A stretch of 64,000 nucleotides of DNA, from contig CAUYUJ010000002.1 in NCBI GenBank assembly GCA_963575745.1, forward strand, positions 1,488,001-1,552,000. The letters are read 5' to 3'. This document shows positions 1-12,600 of this stretch, piece after piece. A program made the position numbers and the translations under genes. Under the pieces are notes generated by a model that was given only the letters and a program-made list of their open reading frames with translations, did no database searches and was not told where the DNA came from. Numbering within the stretch: position 1 is the first letter of the stretch; each line of letters starts with the position of its first letter. This stretch comes from Prorocentrum cordatum. Its lineage: Eukaryota.

Positions 1-339
1 TGGCCCCCTGGACCCCACCTGGGGCTTCCTGAAGCCTCTTGGGGCTCTCAGGGGGGGATATCTAACATGTGGCCGTCGGGGCTCCCCAAAATGGGAGCAG
101 GAAAAATCAACGAATCGACACCGGATGTGTATTAACTTGACACGTTCTGATAAGGAGCCTCCTGGGGCCTCCTGGGAGCCTCCTGAGAATCTCCTGGGGA
201 CCCCTGGGGCCTGTCCTGGGCGTCCTGCGGCCTCCTGAAGCTCTCTGGGGCCTCCTGGGGCTCCCAGGGTCCAGAGGGGGATATCACACATGTGGTCTTC
301 TGGGCCCCCAGGCTGGACCACCTCTTGCGCGGCATCTGG

Positions 340-935
340 GAACTCAGAGTTGCGAGAATGTCTTGTACGAAACGGGCCGGACCACCTTGCGCACGGCATC
401 TCCGAGGTCAGAGTTGCGAGGATGTCTCAGGCGAGACGGGCCCGACCACCTCGCAAGCGGAATCTCGGAGCCCAGAGTTGCGAGGATGTCTCAGGCGAAA
501 CGGGCCGGACCACCTCTTGCGCTGCAACTCGGGGCCCAGAATTGCGAGGATGTCTCAGGCGAAACGGGCCGGACCACCTCGCAAGCTGCATCTCGGAGCC
601 CAGAATTGCGAGAATGTCTCAGGCGAAACTGGCCGGACCACCTCTCGCACGGCATCTCGGGGCTCAGAGTTTCGAGGATGTCTTAGGCGAAACGGGCCGA
701 ACCACCTCGCAAGCGTTATCTCGGAGCCTGGAGTTGCGAGGATGTCTCAGGCGAAACGGGCCGGACCACCTCTCGCACGGCATCTCGGGGCTCAGAGTGT
801 CGAGGATGTCTCAAGCGAAACGGCCCGGACCACCTCTCGCGCGGCGTCCCGCAGCGCAAGTGTTCGAGGATGTCTCAGGCGAAACGGCCAATCCCGGCCA
901 ACTCAGAAACGAGAGTTGTGAGGATGTCTCAAATT
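340..935. repeat. ~70-bp tandem repeat
   Basis: About 8 copies of GAGTTGCGAGGATGTCTCAGGCGAAACGGGCCGGACCACCTC...; core is the reverse complement of the CGTTTCGC..GAGACATCCTC motif. Confidence 0.9.
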
Positions 936-2514
936 TTGTGAGGATGCCTCTGCTCCCCTTTGCCTCGGCCGGAGTTAGCTTCTATCACAACAGCACCCCG
1001 TTCAGCAAGCTGTTTGGGAAAATAGTTTTCGGGGTGGCCTGGAAACATCAAAATACGTGGTTCAAGCTCGAGACCACCATCTTAGATACCCCCTGGGTGG
1101 CCTGGACACGTGAAAATACATGGCTTCATCTGGGGACAACCATGTTAGTTATCCCCCTGGGCGACCCGGGCCCGTTGAAAACAAGCATTTCGCCAGAGAG
1201 TTGCTTCAATTCTTGCCCCCAGAAGAGGAGCAATCTATGAGACAACACAAGCCTGCAGACGTCCCCAACAGATGTTGCAAAACAAGCGTGTCGCTCGAGA
1301 TATCCGCGCAGCTTTACCCTATGTTGTTATCTATCGGAAATTTAGAAACCAACATTTCGCTCGGAACATCCTCACAATTTAATGCGCGGGCCCTACGCGA
1401 CCTCGTTATCTGTCGCAAATTAATCCGCCGGCCCTCAGGAACGTGGCACTGGGACAGTTTACCTACGAAAAGAAATGCACTGGCCCACGCCCTTTCCCGA
1501 AATAATTTGTGGCTTTAACACCTTATTTCTCGCAAATATTTTCGCCAACCCTCTTCAAGTCGAGGCCGTTGGGTTACCAAAACTGAAAGAGAACCTTGGG
1601 CCCACGCCCTTTCCGGGGAAAATGAAGAAAAAACTCTATACACCGACGTGTTTCCCGACCCTGTGCTGAAATTCGCACAGGAACGCGGATTCTGCTGTAT
1701 ACGGGATCTTGGTGTATACATGTGTGGTTGTTTTCCCGAGACATCGGACATGATCGACCCACGAACCCGGAAAGGAAGATAGAAATGTAAGACATGGCAA
1801 CGTTTCAAAAACACCTGATTGGGCGACGGGCAAATGCAATGATGAATGTATCGATCTTGATGTACCGTGCCGAGGGCTGTGCTGTGCTGCGCCGTGCTGA
1901 ACTGCGATGTGCCATGCCGCGATTGTGCTCTATAGCGTTGTGGATCGAGTCCTCCTTTGTATCCGCGTAAGCTCGAGCTGCCTCAGCGTATAGTAGCTGC
2001 CCTTAAGCTGATTGGCAAGGAGACATGCTAGGAGGACACGCCGCGGAACGTCCCAAGGGACGCGCCAGGCGACGTGCCAGGGAACGTGCCATGGGGACGC
2101 GCCGCGCGACGTGCCAGGGGGACTCGCCACGGGACGCGCCACGGAACGTGCCAATGAACGTGCCAAGTTGCAATGCTGAAAGTATCGATCTTGATGTACC
2201 GTGCCGAGGGCTGTGCTGTGCTGCGCCGTGCTGAACTGCGATGTGCCATGCCGCGATTGTGGTCTATAGCGTTGTGGATCGAGTCCTCCTTTGCGTCCGA
2301 GTCCTCACCGAACTGATCTGGACCTTAAGCTCGAGCTGCCTGAGCAAATAGTAGCTGCCCCAGAGCTAATTAACAGGGGAGCATGCCAGGAGGACGCGCC
2401 GCGAAACGTCCCAAGGGATGCGCCAGGCGACGTCCCAGGGAACGTGCCATGGGAACGCACTGCCAGACGTGCCAAGGGGACGCGCTACGGAACGTGCCAA
2501 TGGACGTGCCACGG

Positions 2515-3232
2515 GACGCGCTCCCAGGGCCACGATCCCTCGTAAATTACGCTGCGTCCGCGCTCCCAGGGCCACGCTCCCTCGTAAATTACATTGGGGT
2601 CGCGCTCCCAGGGCCCCGGCCCGACCCATTGTAAATTACGCTGCGTCCGCGCTCCCAAGGCCCCGACCCCTTGAAAATCACGCTGCGTCCGAGCCCCCAG
2701 GACCCCGATCCCTCATATTCTACGCTGCGCCCGCGCTCCAAGGGCTACGAGGTCAAGGTCAAGCCCGTGCGCCGGAAGGCGAGCCCATAGAGGGCACAGG
2801 CGGTGGCAATCGGCAGCGTGCTACACACGCGCGCGCCACGGTGAGACAGCGTGTTCATAGGGAATGGCAGCAGAAATTATGAAAATCGTCGGCGCGCATT
2901 TGGAAAACATATGGTGACCAGGATCGCCAATGAGAGCCGATCACACGGCCGAAATCTTCCAATTTGCTTGTCCATGTAAGACACGGCCGGCCTGCTCTAC
3001 GATTACCGCGTGGTGACCAGTTCAGAACTCTCGTGATGTACCTCGTCTCCGGCAGCTGCTGGACATATTCTGCAAACGACCAATATTGCGTCCGAGCTCC
3101 CAAGGCCCCGACCCCTCGTAAATTACGCTGCGCCCGCGCTCCGAGGGCCACGATCCCTTGCAAATTACACGTGGTCCGAGCTCCAAGGGCTACGATCCCT
3201 CGTAAATTACGCCGCGTCCGCGCTCCCAGGGC
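2515..3232. repeat. ~42-bp tandem repeat interrupted by a LINE fragment
   Basis: CGCTCCCAGGGCCACGATCCCTCGTAAATTACGCTGCGTCCG units on both sides of 2750-3086. Confidence 0.85.
2750..3086 (-). mobile_element. 5'-truncated RTE-like LINE 3' end
   Basis: WSFAEYVQQLPETRYITRVLNWSPRGNRRAGRPCLTW..W matches the RTE C-terminal W-P-x-R-x-GRP-x-W pattern; (CTTGAC)n-like tail at 2750-2763. Confidence 0.7.
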
Positions 3233-5229
3233 CTCCTGGGGCATGCTGGGGCACCCAGGCCCCTCAAGTTTTGCCAAACCAGCGTTTCGCTCGAGACATC
3301 CTCGAGTTTCGGCGCGGGGGGCGCACCATCCTCGAGCGGGCACGCAAAAACTCAGCATTTTCACACTAAATCCTGGAAAAACATGATCGACCCACGAACC
3401 CGGAAAGGAATATAGAAATGTAAGGCGTTGCGCGACGGGCACATGCAATGCTGAATGTATCGATAATGATGTACCGTGCCGACGGCTGTGCTGTGCTACG
3501 CCGTGCTGAACTGCGATGTGCCATGCCGCGATTGTGCTCTATATGGCGTTGTGGATCGAGTCCTCCCGGCATCCGAGTCATCACCGAACTGATCTGGAGC
3601 GTAAGCTCGAGCTGCCAGAGCAGATGGTAGCTGCCCCAGAACTAATCGACAGAGGGAACATGCCAGGAGGACGCGCCGCCGAACGTCCCAAGGGACGCGC
3701 CAGGCGACGTACCAGGGGACGTGCCATGGGGACGCACCGCGGGACGTGCCAAGGGGACGCGCTATAGAACGTGCCAATGGACGTGCCGAAGGACGTGCCA
3801 GGGGACGCGCCGCGCGACGTGCCAGGTGGACTCGCCACGGAACGCGCCAAGGAACGTGCCAAGGTGCATAGTTGAGTGTATCGATCTTGATGTACCGTGC
3901 CGACGGTTGTGCTGTGCTGGGCCGTGCTGAACTGCGATGTGCCATGCCGCGATTGTGCTCTATATAGCGTTGTAGATCGAGTCCTCCCGGCATCCGAGTC
4001 CTCACCGAACTGATCTGGATCGTAAGCTCGAGCTGCCTGAGCAGATGGTAGCTGCCCCAGAAATAATCGACAGAGGGAACATGCCAAGAGGACGCGCCGC
4101 GGAACGTCCCACGGGACGCGCCAGGCGACGTGCCAGGGGACGTGCCATGACGTGCCAAGGGGACGCGCTACGGAACGTGCCAATGGACGTGCACCGCGCG
4201 ACGTGCCAGGGGGACTCGCCACGGGACGCTCCACGGAACGTGCCAGGCAACATGCCAGGCTGCAATGCTAAGGGTATCGATATTGATGTACCGTGCCGAG
4301 GGCTGTGCTGTGGACACGTGAAAACACGCGTTTCGCGCAAGACGTTGTCAGCACATCCTCATGCTAGACATCCGCCTGGGCAACCTGGACACGTGCAAAC
4401 AAGCGTCTCGCTCGAGACATCCTCAGCAAATCCTCATGCTGGACATCTGTCTGGGCCACCTGGAGGCGTGAAATCAAGCGTCTCGCTCGAGACATCCTCA
4501 AGACCTGGGCACGTGAAAACAAGCAATCCACTTGAGAGATCCTCAGAATTCAGGTCCCCAGGAGAGGACAATGTATAACACAAAACAAGCGTTTCGCTGG
4601 AGACATCCTCAACAAACTCTGGGAAACAAGCGTTTCGCTCGAGACATCCTCAACTTTTAATTCGCCGGCCCTACGCGACCTCGTTATTTATCGCCGAAGA
4701 AATTCGCCGGCCCTACAGCCGTCAGATCCGTGTGTACACGTCTAAAAGAGAACCCTTGGCCGACGCCCTTTCTGGGAACAAACGAATTAGATGACACATC
4801 CTCGAAATTCCTGCGCGCGGGACGCGGCACGCGCGAGACATCCTCGGAAGTCCTGCGCGCGGAGCGCTTTTCCGCGTCGCGGTCGGAGCTCCAGACCTCG
4901 TTTTGTTCTGATGATTCTGCTAAAAGTGCCCCGCACTTTTTTTTTACAAAGGAAAACGGAGGCCCGCGGACCCCGTTATGTATCGAGGATCCGAGATGTG
5001 GGGTCGACTTTCCTCGAGCGGGCACGCGCGAAACGCATTTGTTTCACGCCGTATCGAGCGGAATTCCTCGGGCCCCCTTGAAGTCAAAACTGGGGGGTTA
5101 ACCCACTAGAAGAGAACCCTGGGCCCGCGCCCTTTCCGGGAAACATGATCGACCCACGAACCCGGAAAGGAATATAGAACTGTAACACATGGCAGCGTTT
5201 TCAAAGACACCTGATTGGGTGACGGGCAA

Positions 5230-7160
5230 ATGCAATGCTGAATGTATCGATCTCGATGTACCCTGCCGAGGACTGTGCTGTGCTGCACCGTGCTGAATTG
5301 CGATGTGCCATGCCGCGAATGTGCTCTATAGCGTCATGTATCGAGTCCTCCTTTGCATCCGAGTCATCACCGAACTGATCTCGATCTTAAGCTCGAGCTG
5401 CCTGAACACATAGTAGCTGCCCCAGAGCTGATGGACAGGGAAGCATGCCAGGAGGACGCGCCGCGAAACGTCCCAAGGGACGCGCCAGGCGACGTGCCAG
5501 GGGACATGCCATGGGGTCGCACCGCGGGACGTGCCAAGGGGACGCGATACGGAACGTGCCAATGGATGTGCCACGGGATGTGCCAGGGGACGCGCCACGC
5601 GACGTGCCAGGGAGACTCGCTAAGGGACGCGCCACGGAACGTGCCAATGAACGTGCCAAGTTGCAATGCTGAAAGTATCGATCTTGATGTACCGTGCCGA
5701 GGGCTGTGCTGTGCTGCGCCGTGCTGAACTGCGATGTGCCATGCCGCGATTGTGGTCTATAGCGTTGTGGATCGAGTCCTCCTTTGCGTCCGAGTCCTGA
5801 CCGAACTGATCTGGACCTTAAGCTCGAGCTGCCTGAGCACAGAGTAGCTGCCCCAGAGCTAAATGACAGGGGGACATGCCAGGAGGACGCGCCGCGGAAC
5901 GTCTCAAGGGACGCGCCCAGCGACGTGCCAAGGGACGTGCCATGGGGACGCACCGCGGGACGTGCCAAGGGGACGCGCTACGGAACGTGCTGGGGACAAG
6001 CGTTTCGCTCGAGACATCCTGTCAAAATCCAAGGAAATCATTGCAAAACAAACGAATTAGTCGAGACATCCTCGAAATTCCTGCGCGCGGGACGCGGCAC
6101 GCGCGAGACATCCTCGGAATTCCTGCGATCGGGACGTAAAAACAAGCATTTTGCCTGAGACATCCTTTGAATTCTGGTCCCCCTCGAGGCCCCCGCTCGA
6201 GACATCCCCCAATTGTGCAAAACCAGTGTTTCGCTCGAGATCTTCAACAAATTATGCAAATTTTGCAAAACCAGCGTTTCGCTCGAAACATCCTCAACCA
6301 ATTATGGAAAACACATGATCGACCCACGAACCCGGAAAGGAATGTAGAACTGTAACACATGGCAGCGTTTTCAAAGACACCTGATTGGGTGACGGGCAAA
6401 TGCAATGCTGAATGTATCGATCTCGATGTACCCTGCCGAGGGCTGTGCTGTGCTGCGCCGTGCTGAATTGCGATGTGCCATGGCGCGACTGTGCTCTATA
6501 GCCTCGTGGATCGAGTCCTCCTTTGCATCCGAGTCCTGACCGAACTGATCTGGATCTTAAGCTCGAGCTGCCTGAACACATAGTAGCTGCCCCAGAGCTA
6601 ATGGACAGGGGAACATGCCAGGAGGACGCGCCGCGAAACGTCCCAAGGGATGCGCCAGGCGACGTGCCAGGGGACGTGCCATGGGGTCGCACCGCGGGAC
6701 GTGCCAAGGGGACGCGCTACGGAACGTGCCAATGGATGTGCCACGGGATGTGCCAGGGGACGCGCGACGCGACGTGCCAGGGGGACTCGCCAAAGGACGC
6801 CCCACGGAACGTGCCAAGGAACGTGCCAAGTTGCAATGCTGAGTGCATCGACCTTGATGTACCGTGCCGAAATCAGTGCTGTGCTGCGCCGTGCTGAATT
6901 GCGATGTGCCATGGCGCGATTGTGCTCTATAGCCTCGTGGATCGAGTCCTCCTTTGCATCCGAGTCCTGACCGAACTGATCTGGATCTTAAGCTCGAGCT
7001 GCCTGAACACATAGTAGCTGCCCAAGAGCTAATGGACAGGGGAACATGCCAGGAGGACGCGACGCAGAACGTCTCAAGGGACGCGCCAAGCGACGTGCCA
7101 AGGGACGTGCCATGGGGACGCATCGCGGGACCTGCCAAGGGGACGCACTACGGAACGTGC
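5230..7160. repeat. ~431-bp satellite unit with internal ACGTGCCA subrepeats (recurs throughout 1.8-20.2 kb)
   Basis: Equivalent ORF starts spaced by 431 bp (5353/5784, 6523/6954, 10093/10524, 17753/18184). Confidence 0.9.
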
Positions 7161-7164
7161 TGGG

Positions 7165-7680
7165 GACAAGCGTTTCGCTCGAGACATCCTGTCAAAATCA
7201 TCTGAATTCCTGCGCGCGGGACGCGGCACGCGCGAGACATCCTCGGAATTCCTGCGATCGGGACGTGAAAACAAGCATTTTGCCTGAGACATCCTTTGAA
7301 TTCTGGCCCCCCTCAAGGCCCCCGCTCGAGACATCCCCCAATTGTGCAAAACCAGCGTTTCGCTCGAGACATCCTCAACAAATTATGAACAACAAGCGTT
7401 TCGCTCGAGACATCCTGTCAAAAAGAAGAAATCCAAATATCCGCGCGCGGGACGCGGCACGCGCGAGACATCCTTGGAATTCCTGCGCGAGGAGCGCTTT
7501 TCCGTGTCGCGGTCGGCTCTGCAAAACCAGCGTGTCGCTCGAGACATCCTCAACAAATTCTGAAACCAAGCGTTTCGCTCGAGACATCCCCAACTCTGCA
7601 AAACCACCGTCTCGCTCGAGACATCCTCCACAAATTCTGAAAAACAAGCGTTTCGCTCGAGACATCCTCAAAAATAATTT
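7165..7680. repeat. ~40-bp periodic GCGTTTCGCTCGAGACATCC array (also ~10.7-11.25, 17.0-17.4, 18.4-18.9, 20.2-20.8 kb)
   Basis: Conserved ~20-mer separated by mutually similar A-rich linkers. Confidence 0.9.
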
Positions 7681-8144
7681 CCCCGGACCTACTCCGTGCG
7701 TGCCCGCTCGCAAAATAATTTCGCCGGCCCAAGTCGCAGGGGGGCCGGGGGGTTAACCAACTAAAAGAGAACCCTGGGCCCACGCCCTTTCCGGGAACAA
7801 ACATTTCGCTCGAGACATCATGTCAAAATTCAAAGGAATCATAGAAAATTACACTACACCCGCGCTCCCAGGGCCACGATCCCTCGCAAATCACGCCACG
7901 TCAGCGCTCCCAGGGCCACGATCCCTCGTAAGGGCTCCTGGGCCCTCCTGGGTCTTCCTTGGACCTCTTGGGCCCTCCTGGGCTCTCCTGGAGCCTCCTG
8001 GAGCTTCTCCTGGGCCCTCCTTGGGCCCCCTGGTGCCTCTTGGAGCCTCCTGGGTCCTCCTGGGCCCTCCTGGGCTCTCCTGGGCCCTCCTGGGCTCTCC
8101 TGGGCTCTCCTGGAGCCTCCTGGGCCCTCCTGGGCGAAGTCAAG

Positions 8145-8460
8145 GTCCGAAAACACATGGGACTTGCCACATTTCTGAAATTCGGTGCCACCCCTCACGC
8201 AGGTCGGCGGGGACAGGATCCGAAAACACATGGGATTTGCCACATTTCTGGAATTCCGTGCCACCCCTGACGCAGATCGGCGGGGTCAGGGTCAAAAAAC
8301 ACAAGGGATTTGCCACATGTCTGGAATTCCGCGCCACCCCTCACGCAGATCGGCGGGGTCAAGGTCCAAAAACAAAAGGGATTTGAAACATTTCTGGTAT
8401 TCCGTGCCACACCTCACGCAGATCGGCGGGGTCAGGGTCAAAAAACACAGGGGATTTCTG
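8145..8460. repeat. ~73-bp tandem repeat
   Basis: About 4 copies of AAAACACATGGGATTTGCCACATTTCTGGAATTCCGTGCCACCCCTCACGCAGATCGGCGGGG... Confidence 0.9.
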
Positions 8461-8767
8461 CTATTTCCGAACTTATGCAACTTCAAGAATCCAAAACTCC
8501 GTTCCCAGCGCCGTTCCGGAGGCCGCGGTACCTCGTTATTTATCGAGCGAACGCGTTTACTTCGTTTTTCCCGGAAAGGGCGTAGGCCCAGGGTTCTCTT
8601 TTAGTATGTAAACAATGTCCCCGTGCCCAACTTGAAGGAGGCCGGCGGATTCTTTCCCTGATAAACATCGAAGTCGAAGGAGGCCGGCGGATTAAAATTT
8701 GAGGATGTCTCAGGCGAAACGCTTGTTTTTGAAATCCCGATCGATAAATCACAGGGTGCGGGACACC

Positions 8768-9435
8768 TCAGCACGACCACACCCTAGCACGACCACACCC
8801 CAGCACGACCACGCCCCAGCACGACCACGCCCCAGCACGACCACACCCCAGCACGACCACACCCCAACACGACCACACCCCAGCACGACCACGACCCAGC
8901 ACGACCACACCCCAGCACGACCACACCCCAGCACGACCACACCCCAGCACGACCTCACCCCAGCACGACCCGATCGATAAATCACAGGGTGCGGACCACC
9001 CCAGCACGACCACACCCCAGCACGACCCCACCCCAGCACGACCCCACCCCAGCACGACCACGCCCCAGCACGACCACACCCCAGCACGACCACACCCCAG
9101 CACGACCACACCCCAGCACGACCACACCCCAGCACGACCCCACCCACGACCACACCCCAGCACGACCACACCCCAGCACGCACGACCCCACCCCAGCACG
9201 ACCGCACCCAGCACGACCACACCCCAGCACGACCCCACCCCAGCACGAGACCACCACACCCCAGCACGACCACACCCCAGCACGACCTCACCACAGCACG
9301 ACCACACCCCAGCACGACCCCACCCCAGCACGACCACACCCCAGCACGACCCCACCACGGCAAGACCACCCCCCAGCACGACCACCCCCCAGCACGACCA
9401 CACCCCAGCACGACCACTCCCCAGCACGACCACAC
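8768..9435. repeat. 17-bp minisatellite
   Basis: (CAGCACGACCACACCCC)n. Confidence 0.95.
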
Positions 9436-9457
9436 CGCCTTGGTTGAGTGGTTGCCT

Positions 9458-9605
9458 GTCGTCGTGGAATTTTTCGTGGGGTGTGTCGTGGAATGTTTCG
9501 CGGGGTGTCTCGTGGAATGTTTCGTGAGGTGTCTCGTGGAATGTTTCGTGAGGTGTCTCGTGGGATGTTTCGTGAGGTGTCTCGTGGGATGTTTCGTGAG
9601 GTGTC
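9458..9605. repeat. 24-bp minisatellite
   Basis: (GTCTCGTGGAATGTTTCGTGAGGT)n, about 6 copies. Confidence 0.9.
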
Positions 9606-12600
9606 GCCCAGTTGGGTATCGTGAAAACGTGACCATGCTGCACATGTCTATATCCCTTTCCGGGTTCGTGGGTCCATCATGTTTATCGTTTAAAGTAGAT
9701 GTCGGAAAAAAGTGGACTTCACCTGTGAAATATCGAGGTTTCCTTAAAGGCAGTAAAATTCCAAGAGCGCGATCTGCGTGAGGGGTGGCGAAAAATGGCC
9801 TTCGTCCTCACAATTGAAATCCGCCGGCCCCCTTCGACCTCGTAATCTATCGCACAAGAATTCCGCCGGCCCCCTTCAAGTAACATGATCGACCCACGAA
9901 CCCGGAAAGGAATATAGAACTGTAACACATGGCAGCGTTTTCAAAGACACCTGATTGGGTGACGGGCAAATGCAATGCTGAGTGTATCGATCTTGATGTA
10001 CCCTGCCAAGGGCTGTGCTGTGCTGCGCCGTGCTGAATTCCGATGTGCCATGGCGCGACTGCGCTCTATAGCGTCGTGGATCGAGTCCTCCTTTGCATCC
10101 GAGTCCTGACCGAACTGATCTGGATCTTGAGCTCGAGCTGCCTGAACACATAGTAGCTGCCCCAGAGCTAATGGACAGGGGAACATGCCAGGAGGACGCG
10201 CCGCGAAACGTCCCAAGGGATGCGCCAGGCGACGTGCCAGGGGACGCGCCATGGGGTCGCACCGTAGGACGTGCCAAAGGGACGCGCTACGGAACGTGCC
10301 AATGGATGTGCCACGGAATGTGCCAGGGGACGCGCCACGCGACGTGCCAGGGGGACTCGCCAAGGGACGCCCCACGGAACGTGCCAAGGAACGTGCCAAG
10401 TTGCAATGCTGAGTGTATCGATCTTGATGTACCCTGCCGAGGGCTGTGCTGTGCTGCACCGTGCTGAATTGCGATGTGCCATGCCGCGGTTGTGCTCTAT
10501 AGCGTCGTGGATCGAGTCCTCCTTTGCATCCGAGTCCTGACCGAACTGATCTGGATCTTAAGCTCGAGCTGCCTGAACACATAGTAGCTGCCCCAGAGCT
10601 AATTGACAAGGGGAACATGCCAGGAGGACGCGCCGCGAAACGTCCCAAGGGATGCGCCAGGCGACGTGCCAGGGGACGTGCCATGGGGTCGCAACGCGGG
10701 ACGTGCCAAGGGGACGCGCTACTGAACGTGCTGGGGACAAGCGTTTCGCTCGAGACATCCTATCACAATCATCCGAATTCCTACGCGCGGGACGCTGCAC
10801 GCGCGAGACATCCTCGGAATTCCTGCGAGCGGGACGTGAAAACAAGCATTTCGCCTGAGACATCCTTTGAATTCTGGCCCCCCACGAGGCCACCGCTCGA
10901 GACATCCTCCAATTTTGCAAAACCAGCGTTTCGCTCGAGACATCCTCAACAAATTATGAAAAACAAGCGTTTCGCTCGAGACATCCTGTCAAAATCCCAA
11001 GAAATCCAAATACCCGCGCGCGGGACGCGGCACGCGCGAGACATCCTTGGAATTCCTGCGCGAGGGGCGCTTTTCCGTGTCGCGGTCGGCTCTGCAAAAC
11101 CAGCGTGTCGCTCGAGACATCCTCAACAAATTCTGAAACCAAGCGTTTCGCTCGAGACATCCCCAACTCTGCAAAACCAGCGTCTCGCTCGAGACATCCT
11201 CAACAAATTCTGAAAAACAAGCGTTTCGCTCGAGACATCCTCAAAAATAATTTCGCCGGCCCTACTCCGTGCGTGCCCGCTCGCAAAATAATTTCGCCGG
11301 CCCAAGTCGCAGGGGGGCCGGGGGTTTAACCAACTAAAAGAGAACCCTGGGCCCACGCCCTTTCCGGGAAAAACCGAGGGTAAACCATCTAAAAGAGAAC
11401 CCTGGGCCTAAGCCCTTTCCGGGAAAAAGTATACACCACACCACCCCAGCGTCGCCCCCGACCTTCAAAAAGTCATGGGATTCAAGAAACAACCCACCAC
11501 TGGTGATGTATACGTTCCAATTTCCGAGAAAACACAACTAGCCCGAAGATGTCATAATCAATCCCGTACGTGTTGATATATTTCCGCCTGGTCACATTTT
11601 CGGGCTGACCCCTACCCCTCTTCTCACTCGACCAGGCGCCGCCAACCCGCGTCATGCAGATCCCCAAAGCCCCCGCCCCCATTCCCGACCCAAGTCGCTC
11701 TCGAAACACATATTTAACATGATCGACCCACGAACCCGGAAAGGAATATAGAAATGTAAGGCATTGCAACATTTCAAAGACACCTGATTGGGCGACGGGC
11801 ACATGCAATGCTGAATGTATCGATGATGACGTACTGTGCCGAGGGCTGTGCTGTGCTACGCCGTGCTGAACTGCGATGTGCCATGCCGCGATTGTGCTCT
11901 ATATAGCGTTGTGGATCGAGTCATCCCTGGCATCCGAGTCCTCACCGAACTGATCTGGAGCGTAAGCTCGAGCTGCCTGAGCAGATGGTAGCTGCCCCAG
12001 AACTAATCGACAGAGGGAACATGCCAGGAGGACGCGCCGCGGAACGTCCCAAGGGACGCGCCAGGCGACGTGCCAGGGGACGTGCCATGGGGCACGCACC
12101 GCGGGACGTGCCAAGGGGACGCGCTACGGAACGTGCCAATGGACGTGCCGAGGGACGTGCCAGGGGACGCGCCGCGCGACGTGCCAGGTGGACTCGCCAC
12201 GGAACGCGCCAAGGAACGTGCCAAAGTGCATAGTTGAGTGTATCGATCTTGATGTACCGTGCCGACGGCTGTGCTGTGCTGGGCCGTGCTGCCACGGGAC
12301 GCTCCGCGGAACGTGCCAGGCAGCATGCCAGGCTGCAATGCTAAGGGTATCGATATTGATGTACCGTGCCGAGGGCTGTGCCGTGCCTGGGCGACCTGAA
12401 CACATGAAAACACGCGTTTCGCTCAAGACGTTGTCAACACATCCGCATGCTAGACATCGTCGCTGGGCAACCTGGACACGTGCAAACAGGCGTCTCGCTC
12501 GAGACATCCTCAACAAATGCTCATGCTAGACATCCGCCTGGGCGACCTGGGCACGTGAAAACAAGCCTCTGGTTCGAGACATCCTCAACAAATCCTCATG

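Larger units (their letters stand above)
8570..9682 (+). mobile_element. Inverted-orientation family 2 element with different internal minisatellites
   Basis: Starts CCCGGAAAGGGCGTAGGCCCAGGGTTCTCTTTT and ends CCTTTCCGGGTTCGTGGGTCCATCATG; T-runs on both flanks. Confidence 0.7.

Noticed and set aside
7165..7680. CRISPR-like array of GCGTTTCGCTCGAGACATCC with ~20-nt spacers
   Set aside because: Spacers are variants of one another, the arrays are duplicated with the surrounding satellite, there are no cas genes and the context is eukaryotic
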